Assembly (NCBI GenBank): GCA_050250855.1
Contig: JBFWNW010000002.1
Coordinates: 197,925-261,924 of the forward strand
Length of the DNA stretch: 64,000 nt
Direction: 5' to 3'
Origin: Candidatus Babeliales bacterium
GTDB taxonomy: Bacteria; Babelota; Babeliae; Babelales; JACPOV01
This document shows, one piece after another, positions 35,670-43,133 of the stretch. The notes below the pieces were generated by a model. The model was not told the origin of the DNA, did no database searches, and saw only the letters and a program-made list of their open reading frames with translations. Position 1 is the first letter of the stretch. Each line of letters begins with the position of its first letter. Position numbers and translations under genes: made by a program.

Positions 35670-36938
35670 CTATTGATTTAAAAGAGATTTATACATATTT
35701 TTTCTTGCTATTTTTTCAGTAAGGTGCTTATGCCACTCTGGGTCATTCTCTTCTTGTAGTTTCATTTTTTCTTCCCAAGTAAGAGCAGCTTGTACCTTCA
35801 TATCTTGAGTATTTGTATAGCCAGCCAAAGCTTTTTTGGTTTCTTCCAGCGTAACAAGAGAAGAAGGAGTGGTAGTTTTATTTTCTTCTTTTTCTTTATT
35901 CATAAGATATGCATATGCAGAAGGTTCTTCATGCTCTACTTGTTTTTCAACCTGTTGAGTAGAAACATAAATTCCTTTTTCTTCTTGCATTACTGGCTTT
36001 TTCCACCATTGGTAAGTCTTATAAAGACCATAACCAATAAGAGGTGTAGCAACAGCAGCTGCCACTGCATAAGGATGGCATGAAACAAAATTCAATGCAG
36101 GAGTAGAAAGCTTAGTTGCTAATGCTGAAGCATTATTCCATGAAGCATTCTGCCACAGGTATGTTAACCCTGTTTTAGCGCTTGCTAGATTTTGTTTTAA
36201 GTTAATGCAACGAGCTAAAGAGTCTGGATTGTGTCTGCTAGCCCAAGTAAGTAATGATCCATAAGCCAAAGCAGTTGTTGTTACAACAGTATTTTCATTT
36301 TTACAAAAAGTAAGAATGCCATCTTTAACGCTGATTATGCCGTTTTTAACAACATCAGCAGCTTTTTTGATGTGGCCATTATTGTATACACAATATTCTA
36401 CAACGCCCGCTGCAACAGCTACTGCTACAACGCCTGTCAAATAAGGGTGTTCTTGAATAGCTTCTAAAGAAAGCTTAACAATTTCATAACCCTTGTTTTT
36501 GAAGTTTGAAGTTATAGTATTAACTTGTTGGTTTGATGTAGATTGCTCAGTTGTAGTTTCAACAACATGTCCCAACTGATGTTCAGTTGAACCTGCGATG
36601 AATTCTGGCTCTATAGCTTGTGTAGTTGCTTCAGGTTTAACTTCACCAAAAGAAAACCAGTTAGATAGTTTTTTAGGCAAAGAAACTGAAGCTTGAGCTG
36701 TTTTTGCAGGTACCGCAGTATAACTCCAATTAGATTTTTTTGGAGTTTCAGCTGGTATAACAAATTTTGTACCAAAGTGTTTCTCTTGGTCCATTTTGTA
36801 CTGCTCAGCGGCCTGTGCCTTTAGATTTTCTAAATACTGAGAGAAAGTTCCTACCGGTGCATAATTAGGTTTTGCGCAGATAGGGCCCATTGCTAACGCA
36901 GCAACGGCTATAAGTGAAAAATAACGAATAGTATTCAT
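35670..36938 (-). CDS. Membrane protein, MNTIRYF family member 1
   Basis: Signal peptide MNTIRYFSLIAVAALAMG (first ~75 nt identical to 36977..37378). Hydrophobic segments HPYLTGVVAVAVAAGVV and HPYAVAAAVATPLIGYGLYKTYQWWKK. Confidence 0.75.
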   Translation of the reverse strand: MNTIRYFSLIAVAALAMGPICAKPNYAPVGTFSQYLENLKAQAAEQYKMDQEKHFGTKFVIPAETPKKSNWSYTAVPAKTAQASVSLPKKLSNWFSFGEVKPEATTQAIEPEFIAGSTEHQLGHVVETTTEQSTSNQQVNTITSNFKNKGYEIVKLSLEAIQEHPYLTGVVAVAVAAGVVEYCVYNNGHIKKAADVVKNGIISVKDGILTFCKNENTVVTTTALAYGSLLTWASRHNPDSLARCINLKQNLASAKTGLTYLWQNASWNNASALATKLSTPALNFVSCHPYAVAAAVATPLIGYGLYKTYQWWKKPVMQEEKGIYVSTQQVEKQVEHEEPSAYAYLMNKEKEENKTTTPSSLVTLEETKKALAGYTNTQDMKVQAALTWEEKMKLQEENDPEWHKHLTEKIARKNMYKSLLNQ

Positions 36939-36976
36939 AAGAATACACCTCCATGTTAAAAGATTCGTTTATCTAT

Positions 36977-37378
36977 TTATTTTCCGTTTTTACAATATTG
37001 GTAAACTTTATAAAGACCATAAAAAATAACAGGAGTAGCAATTGCAGCTGCTGTTATGTAAGGATTATTCTTTATAAATTCTGGTGTCCAGCTAGAAGCA
37101 GTAGAATATACCGTTTCTTTACTCGGCAAAATACTGTTAAAGTAGTTATATCCCGGCACCATTTTTAAATAGTTCAGCTGTTTTTCAGTTGAATCTATAG
37201 CCAATTGTGATTGTGCAGTTGATTCAGGTTGAATTTGACTGAGTGGTTTTATTCGTATATTAAAACGACTTCCATCATCATTAATAAATGTAGGATATCT
37301 GGGCTCAGGAACAGCAAAAGATTGGCCCATTGCTAACGCAGCAACGGCTATAAGTGAAAAATAACGAATAGTATTCAT
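36977..37378 (-). CDS. Membrane protein, MNTIRYF family member 2
   Basis: Same signal peptide and GGAGG RBS. C-terminal anchor NPYITAAAIATPVIFYGLYKVYQYCK. Confidence 0.75.
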   Translation of the reverse strand: MNTIRYFSLIAVAALAMGQSFAVPEPRYPTFINDDGSRFNIRIKPLSQIQPESTAQSQLAIDSTEKQLNYLKMVPGYNYFNSILPSKETVYSTASSWTPEFIKNNPYITAAAIATPVIFYGLYKVYQYCKNGK

Positions 37379-37526
37379 AATTATACCTCCATAGATTTAC
37401 TTACTTCTATCCCTATTTATAACCATTTTATAGGGTAGATAGTACTCTCATTTAATTCCAGGTTCTCATATAAAAAAGGCTTTGTCAAAGGGGTTTGCAT
37501 GTTTTTTATTCTAATATGCATTAAAA

Positions 37527-38204
37527 TCATTGCTTTTTAATCTGGCCTTCAGGTTTGGGTTTAAAAAGCTGATTCAAAAATTGTTGTTCTTGTATCTCTT
37601 GAGTTAGTTTTAAGAGCTTTCTTTGTAAGCTCAAATTATCTGCATAAATATTTAGTTCTTCTTGTAATGAATTTTTTTCATCTAAATTTTCTTGAGAATG
37701 CTCTCTGTCACTTTCTGTTTTTTCTTGTGAATTTGCAGAAGAATAGCTTTGAGAAGATTCCTCTCCTCTCTGTGCTTCAGGCCTTTTTTCATTTTTTTTC
37801 TTAGCAAACCATGCTTTAAAGGTAGTTAGAATGCAATCTTTATAGGTATACAAGCCATAGCACAATAATCCTATACCAGTAATAACTACAGCAGTAATCA
37901 CTATAGGTTTAGAGAAAAAAAATTCAGGGTGTTCTTGTAGATCTTTGTCTAGTTCTGGGAGTGCGACATCAATACAATTTTTTTGTTCTAGTGATTGTTC
38001 TACCTGGGCGCTAACTGTTTGAACGGCGGGGGTAAAGCTTTCTACAGCAAAAGAAGGGGTATTATTAAAATCTTTAACTACAGCTTGTTCTCTGTTTTGG
38101 AAGGCAAAAAGACCCACAGACCAGTAGCCAGCAGTCATATCAGCCCAAAGAGGTTGTGCGGATAGAGAAACAGATAAAAATAGTAATATATAACGTATAT
38201 TCAT
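37527..38204 (-). CDS. Membrane protein related to the MNTIRYF family
   Basis: Start moved to the ATG at 38204 (GGAG RBS; MNIRYILLFLSVSLSAQPLWA). TM segment ITAVVITGIGLLCYGLYTYKDC followed by a charged tail. Confidence 0.65.
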   Translation of the reverse strand: MNIRYILLFLSVSLSAQPLWADMTAGYWSVGLFAFQNREQAVVKDFNNTPSFAVESFTPAVQTVSAQVEQSLEQKNCIDVALPELDKDLQEHPEFFFSKPIVITAVVITGIGLLCYGLYTYKDCILTTFKAWFAKKKNEKRPEAQRGEESSQSYSSANSQEKTESDREHSQENLDEKNSLQEELNIYADNLSLQRKLLKLTQEIQEQQFLNQLFKPKPEGQIKKQ

Positions 38205-38242
38205 AATAACACTCCATTTAATGTTCATATTTCTATTATGCA

Positions 38243-38896
38243 TTAATGGAGGAATAGTGCAAGTGGCTTAGCCAAAAATGACTGTAGCACGTAAAAAAGG
38301 GGGATTAGGGCTATAATTGAATCAAAACGATCTAGAAGGCCGCCATGGCCAGGTAGAAGGGTGCCCGCATCTTTGCGCTGAGCACAGCGTTTGAGCCACG
38401 ATTCAAAGAGGTCGCCTCCTGTGGCCACGAGCGCAATCAGGATGCTCAGAGCAGCAAAATAAGCATTTGATAGAGCCCAAGGCTTGAATGCAAGAAGTAC
38501 TATAAAAACAGCTATAAGCCCCCCTAAAAACCCTTCCCAGGTTTTTTTAGGGCTTAAAGAAGGAGCAAGAAGGTGCTTACCTATTAAATTTCCAACCAGG
38601 TAGGCAGCAGTATCATGGCAAAAAGCTATAACAAAAAGAAGCTGTACCAGCTTGATATTTTGGTAGGCCATATAAGCAAGGAGCGCAAAGGGGACGCCAA
38701 GGTAGCAGGTTGCAAGAATAAGGTAATTTTGTGCTGAACGTGAAAGCTGCGGCAATTCTGTGCAAAGGATAAGAAAAAGAATCGTAGCCAAAAGAGTATA
38801 AAAAATCCAAAAAGGAAGAAAAAAGAGTGATGCCAAAATGATGAAAGAAAAGAGAAGGCCTGTAATGCTCCGTGTTAAAAATTCTTGAAAGTTCAT
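38243..38896 (-). CDS. cdsA: Phosphatidate cytidylyltransferase
   Basis: SWLKRCAQRKDAGTLLPGHGGLLDRFDS signature; polytopic. Confidence 0.85.
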   Translation of the reverse strand: MNFQEFLTRSITGLLFSFIILASLFFLPFWIFYTLLATILFLILCTELPQLSRSAQNYLILATCYLGVPFALLAYMAYQNIKLVQLLFVIAFCHDTAAYLVGNLIGKHLLAPSLSPKKTWEGFLGGLIAVFIVLLAFKPWALSNAYFAALSILIALVATGGDLFESWLKRCAQRKDAGTLLPGHGGLLDRFDSIIALIPLFYVLQSFLAKPLALFLH

Positions 38897-38936
38897 AAGT
38901 TAACTTTTTTGTATTTCTATAAATTTTTAGTTATTC

Positions 38937-39038
38937 CGTTCGCCCTGACCCCTCGTCAGCTTTGCAGCCGCTCGGGACTAAAGGCAATTCGAGGGGAGCA
39001 TGCCCTGAGCTTGTCGAATGGGTCGAAGGGTGCGAACG
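38937..39038. repeat. P-type palindromic element flanking the 3' side of the GIY-YIG gene
   Basis: CGTTCGCCCTGACCCCTCG...CGAGGGG...CCCTGAGCTTGTCGAATGGGTCGAAGGGTGCGAACG, with terminal and internal inverted symmetry. Confidence 0.9.
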
Positions 39039-39049
39039 ATTTATAATAT

Positions 39050-39325
39050 TTATTTGTTGCTTAACTCTATTATTTTAGTCCAATTGCCATTAATTAAAGC
39101 GTTTTTCTTTTCTCGTGACCATTCTTTAATTTTTTGTTCAGCAATTAGTGCATCAACTCTTTCCTCAAATTTTTCTAAAAATACTAATTCTATAGGGAGG
39201 CGAGTTGATGTATAGCTTGCATATTTTTTATCATTATGTTCAGCTAATCTCTTTTCAATATTATCTGTATGCCCAGTATAATATGAGTTGTCTGAACATT
39301 TTAGTATATAAACATAAAAATTCAT
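39050..39325 (-). CDS. Small stand-alone GIY-YIG nuclease family protein
   Basis: MNFYVYILKCSDNSYYTGHTDNIEKRLAEHN matches the GIY-YIG/URI signature; 91 aa. Confidence 0.85.
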   Translation of the reverse strand: MNFYVYILKCSDNSYYTGHTDNIEKRLAEHNDKKYASYTSTRLPIELVFLEKFEERVDALIAEQKIKEWSREKKNALINGNWTKIIELSNK

Positions 39326-39330
39326 TATGA

Positions 39331-39425
39331 GTTCGTATCCTTCGACAAGCTCAGGACGAATGGAGTGAAGTGCTGAGCGAAGCGTTTACTACTGAGTATT
39401 AATCGAAGTATCAGGATGAACGGAG
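39331..39425. repeat. P-type palindromic element flanking the 5' side of the GIY-YIG gene
   Basis: GTTCGTATCCTTCGACAAGCTCAGGACGAA...CTGAGTATTAATCGAAGTATCAGGATGAACGG. Translating through it gives the PFVLSLSKD peptide seen in track ORF 39325..39519. Confidence 0.9.
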
Positions 39426-39430
39426 AATAA

Positions 39431-39790
39431 TTAACCATACCTCTCCTGCTTAGTGAATGCATTAGGAATATACTGTAATGAATTTTCATTAACTGCTCCC
39501 TGAATGAGCGCAACATCAAAACGGAAGACTTTATTGGTAAGCTGCTTTGAGGCTATATAATGCTGTGCTGCTTTAATTATTTTTTTTTGTTTTCCATAAG
39601 TAATAACTTCAGAAAGATTATACTGATGTGTTGTGCGGGTTTTGACTTCTACAAAGATGACAAGATCTTCTTTCTTTGCAATAATATCAACTTCACCATA
39701 GAATTTTTTATAGTTGCGTTCAAGAATGGTAAAGCCTTGTTTTTGTATAAACTGAGCAACCAGACTTTCTCCCTGTGTTCCTAAGTTCAT
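39431..39790 (-). CDS. yraN: YraN (UPF0102) family endonuclease-like protein
   Basis: GEVDIIAKKEDLVIFVEVKTR core typical of UPF0102; 119 aa. Confidence 0.8.
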   Translation of the reverse strand: MNLGTQGESLVAQFIQKQGFTILERNYKKFYGEVDIIAKKEDLVIFVEVKTRTTHQYNLSEVITYGKQKKIIKAAQHYIASKQLTNKVFRFDVALIQGAVNENSLQYIPNAFTKQERYG

Positions 39791-39791
39791 A

Positions 39792-40784
39792 TTAAATCCA
39801 AGCTCGAATGCCTTTTTTAGGTTTCATTTCTGCAAGCAAGGTAGAAGGCTTGTAATCAGGAAAGCGCTCAGTAAGTTCATCAAGCTTTTTAGCAACAATT
39901 TTATCTTTACCTTGTTTTTGTGCAACCAAACCTTCGAGCTCAAGAAGCTTAGGCTCAATATCTTTCATAATAGGCAAGAATTCTTCTTTTATTGCTTCAA
40001 GACGTGTTTGCGCGGCAACAAAACGGTGCAAATTAATATATTGATTAAAAATATCCATTTCATAATCATAGAGATCTTTAAAGCATTGATCGCGCATAGA
40101 AGCAACATCATCGACGTGTTTTTTATCAATATCAGATCTGTTTAAATAGAGGTTTGCAAAGGTAATAGTTTTGCGCGTTTTACTTTGATCGTGCGGTGGA
40201 CGTAAGCGTGCATAGAAGCGGCATAAAATGCCCTTATATTCAGCATAATCCCGTTGTTCACCAATAAGCCCTTTGTTGCCGCCAGGATAAAATTCTACAT
40301 ACTTTTGATAAAGCTTGCTTGCTTTTTTATATTCGGCTTTGTCAAAGTAAAGATCAGCTTGTTCAAGATGCAAGAGGCGTTGTAGCTCTTCATTAGTATT
40401 GAGCACAATCATGCGCTCAAGGTAGGTTATGGCCAGATCTTTATTGCCAACCGATTTTGAATAGTCTTTTACTTTTATTAATTCATCAAGAGTTAAATCG
40501 CGGGTATTCTTTTTAAGAAGAGCTTCAATCTCAGCATCTTTGACAATAACAGGTTTTTTAGGGACGATTATTTTTTTAGGGACAAAGAGCTTAGGGTAAC
40601 GAGGCTTTACTTTGCGGTTAAACTTGGTAGGTATTCTGAGCTCTTTTTTAACTTTATAACGAAAGGTTTTTGTGCTCGGTTCAGCAACAGGAGTGTCATC
40701 TGTTTTAATGTATGAACAAAATGATGCAAGTATGATTGATAGGGTAATATAAATACAGTAACGAACTATTTTCATGGTACGCAC
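39792..40784 (-). CDS. TPR-like envelope protein, possibly BamD-like
   Basis: N-terminal hydrophobic signal/anchor ending in Cys (ILASFCS). Helical-repeat pattern with ADLYFDKAEYKKASKLYQKYVEFYP. An alternative ATG start exists at 40775. Confidence 0.4.
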   Translation of the reverse strand: MRTMKIVRYCIYITLSIILASFCSYIKTDDTPVAEPSTKTFRYKVKKELRIPTKFNRKVKPRYPKLFVPKKIIVPKKPVIVKDAEIEALLKKNTRDLTLDELIKVKDYSKSVGNKDLAITYLERMIVLNTNEELQRLLHLEQADLYFDKAEYKKASKLYQKYVEFYPGGNKGLIGEQRDYAEYKGILCRFYARLRPPHDQSKTRKTITFANLYLNRSDIDKKHVDDVASMRDQCFKDLYDYEMDIFNQYINLHRFVAAQTRLEAIKEEFLPIMKDIEPKLLELEGLVAQKQGKDKIVAKKLDELTERFPDYKPSTLLAEMKPKKGIRAWI

Positions 40785-40917
40785 ATTTTCTTTTTAGTAG
40801 TAAGATGCTACATTATGAGTAAAAATTATTTTTCAAAATAGCATATCTTGTGCTCATTAGCAAATCATTCTGGACTCTAGAGCATAAGAACGGTATGGTA
40901 AAGGGGAGGAGATTTTT

Positions 40918-42627
40918 ATGATAAAACATGATATTGGCGAACTTTTAGTAGCTCAGCAGAAAATAACACATGAGCAGCTTCAAGAGTGTTATGCATATTG
41001 TAAGCAAACCGGTATTTCTTTAGCTGAGTGCTTGCGTGAGAAAAAATTAGTCTCAAATGAAGACATAGCACGCGCTTTTACTGAGCTTTTTTCATTGCTG
41101 TATATTGAAAAAATTACTGAAAAAATGGCGGATCCCGCCTTGCTTGCTAAAGTTCCCCTACGTTTTTTGCGCCAAAATAGCATTATACCTATCATGCTTG
41201 AAGGTCGCATTACCCTCGTTACCACCAATCCTCGCGCTTTTCAGCCCCTTGATGAACTTAATATGCTGCTTGGCTCTGATACTGATACTGCTGTTTCAAC
41301 ACAAGAAGTTATTATTGATGCAATAAATCGTTACTATCCGCTTGAAGGGACCAAGCAGATGATCGAGGAGCTTGAAGAAGAAAAGGGAGCTCCAGAAACT
41401 ATTGAACTTGCTGAGATTGAAGAAAAAGATATTTTAGCAATGGCAGCAGAGGCGCCAATTATTAAATTGGTGAATCATATTTTGGTGCAAGCAGTAAAAC
41501 GTGATGCCTCTGATATTCATATTGAACCGTATGAAAAAGAAGTACGCGTGCGTTATCGTATTGATGGTGTTATGTCTGAAGCGTTTAACCCGCCAAAACG
41601 TGTACAAGCGGCTCTTATTTCTCGTATCAAAATTATGGCAAATTTAAACATTGCAGAAAAACGTATTCCGCAAGATGGTCGTATAGAAATTAAAGTTGCT
41701 GACAAAGCATTTGATATTCGTGTTTCTGTATTGCCAACCACCTTTGGTGAGCGGGTAGTAATGCGTCTTTTAGATAAAACAAAAGCATTTAAAGAGATTA
41801 AAAATTTAGGATTCAGTCCTCGCGATCTAAAGACAGTGGAACAAAATATTGCACGCCCTAACGGTATAATTTTTGTTTCAGGTCCTACCGGTTCTGGTAA
41901 AACATCTACGCTTTATTCCATTTTAGTGCAACTTAATAAACCAGATGTAAATATCGTAACGGTTGAAGATCCGGTTGAGTATCAAATGAAGGGCATCGGC
42001 CAAGTTCAGGTAAAAGAAAAAATAGGGCTTACCTTTGCAGCAGCATTACGTTCTATTTTGCGTCAAGACCCCGATATTATTATGATTGGTGAAACGCGCG
42101 ATCAAGAAACAGCACAAATTGCTATCCAAGCAGCACTTACCGGTCACTTGGTTTTAAGTACCATTCACACGAATAATGCGCCTGCTACCATAACGCGTTT
42201 AATTGATATGGGTATAGAACCATTCTTAATTGCTTCATCAGTAGTATGTATCATTGCACAGCGTTTGATTCGTACCTTATGTCCTTTATGCAAACAAGTA
42301 TATAAACCAACGCAAGAAGAATTAAGAAGCATTGGTATTACTCAAAGAGAAGCAGAAGGTATTACGTTCTATAAAGCAGTTGGTTGTCCTGAATGTGGCG
42401 GCACCGGTTATAAAGGCCGTATGGCAATTTTTGAAGTTATGGAAATGACGAATGATATCGCTAATCTTACTATGAGCAAAGCAGATGCTTCCGTTATAAG
42501 AAAACAGGCGTTAGCTGATGGCATGACGTTGTTAGTTGCTGATGGCTTACGTAAGATCAAAGAAGGTATTACCACTATTTCTGAAGTTGCACGTGTTGCA
42601 GCGGTTGAGGAAGAAGAGTTTTCATGA
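40918..42627 (+). CDS. gspE: GspE/PilB-family secretion ATPase
   Basis: Walker A GPTGSGKTS, Asp/His boxes (MIGETRD, LVLSTIHTN), tetracysteine CPLC...CPEC and an N-terminal GSPII-type domain. Confidence 0.9.
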   Translation: MIKHDIGELLVAQQKITHEQLQECYAYCKQTGISLAECLREKKLVSNEDIARAFTELFSLLYIEKITEKMADPALLAKVPLRFLRQNSIIPIMLEGRITLVTTNPRAFQPLDELNMLLGSDTDTAVSTQEVIIDAINRYYPLEGTKQMIEELEEEKGAPETIELAEIEEKDILAMAAEAPIIKLVNHILVQAVKRDASDIHIEPYEKEVRVRYRIDGVMSEAFNPPKRVQAALISRIKIMANLNIAEKRIPQDGRIEIKVADKAFDIRVSVLPTTFGERVVMRLLDKTKAFKEIKNLGFSPRDLKTVEQNIARPNGIIFVSGPTGSGKTSTLYSILVQLNKPDVNIVTVEDPVEYQMKGIGQVQVKEKIGLTFAAALRSILRQDPDIIMIGETRDQETAQIAIQAALTGHLVLSTIHTNNAPATITRLIDMGIEPFLIASSVVCIIAQRLIRTLCPLCKQVYKPTQEELRSIGITQREAEGITFYKAVGCPECGGTGYKGRMAIFEVMEMTNDIANLTMSKADASVIRKQALADGMTLLVADGLRKIKEGITTISEVARVAAVEEEEFS

Positions 42628-43133
42628 TGCGCTCTCAGGAGCAAGGATCATTATTACTTAACATAGCACTGGTGCTCAGTATACTTCTTGTGCTCATGAG
42701 TATAGCAATTCCTCGGTTGCCTTTTATGCAACGTATGGTACTTCGTTTAGAGCTTGAAAAGATGCACAGCTTTTTTCATTATATGCAGCAACGTGCACTT
42801 GCTTTACATGAAGATCTTACTATTACTTTTGATCCCATTCATAATAGGTATTATGCTGATACGTATAAAGAATCGTTAGCGCCCGGTGTTCAATTTGGCG
42901 TACTTTTAGGGTCTTCAGGTCCTCCTTCAAAACCTTCTGGCCAAATTCTTTCTCCTATTACGTTTAAAAATAATAAAGCTGTTTTTTATAAAGATGGCAC
43001 GATTGCAGCGGGTACCGTGTATATAACTGATCATAGTAAACATTATTTATATGCACTCAGTAGCCCTGTTTCACAAATTTCTTATTTGCGTATGTATTCT
43101 TATGCTCGCAATCGCTGGATTCCTCTGCAATGA
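42624..43133 (+). CDS. GspH/FimT-like pseudopilin candidate with degenerate prepilin motif
   Basis: N-terminal QGSLLLNIALVLSILLVLMSIAI (Gly then a hydrophobic helix, but Asn where Glu+5 is expected). C-terminal F.KDGTIAAGTVYIT resembles GspH-fold minor pilins. ATGA overlaps on both sides. Confidence 0.45.
   Translation: MMRSQEQGSLLLNIALVLSILLVLMSIAIPRLPFMQRMVLRLELEKMHSFFHYMQQRALALHEDLTITFDPIHNRYYADTYKESLAPGVQFGVLLGSSGPPSKPSGQILSPITFKNNKAVFYKDGTIAAGTVYITDHSKHYLYALSSPVSQISYLRMYSYARNRWIPLQ

Noticed and set aside
38937-39790. GIY-YIG plus YraN as a two-nuclease defence or toxin-antitoxin pair
   Set aside because: YraN (UPF0102) is a widely conserved housekeeping-type gene. Here it continues the bamD-like/yraN string with 1-nt spacing, whereas the GIY-YIG gene is separated from it by a repeat element. 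Adjacency is better explained by insertion of the GIY-YIG cassette.
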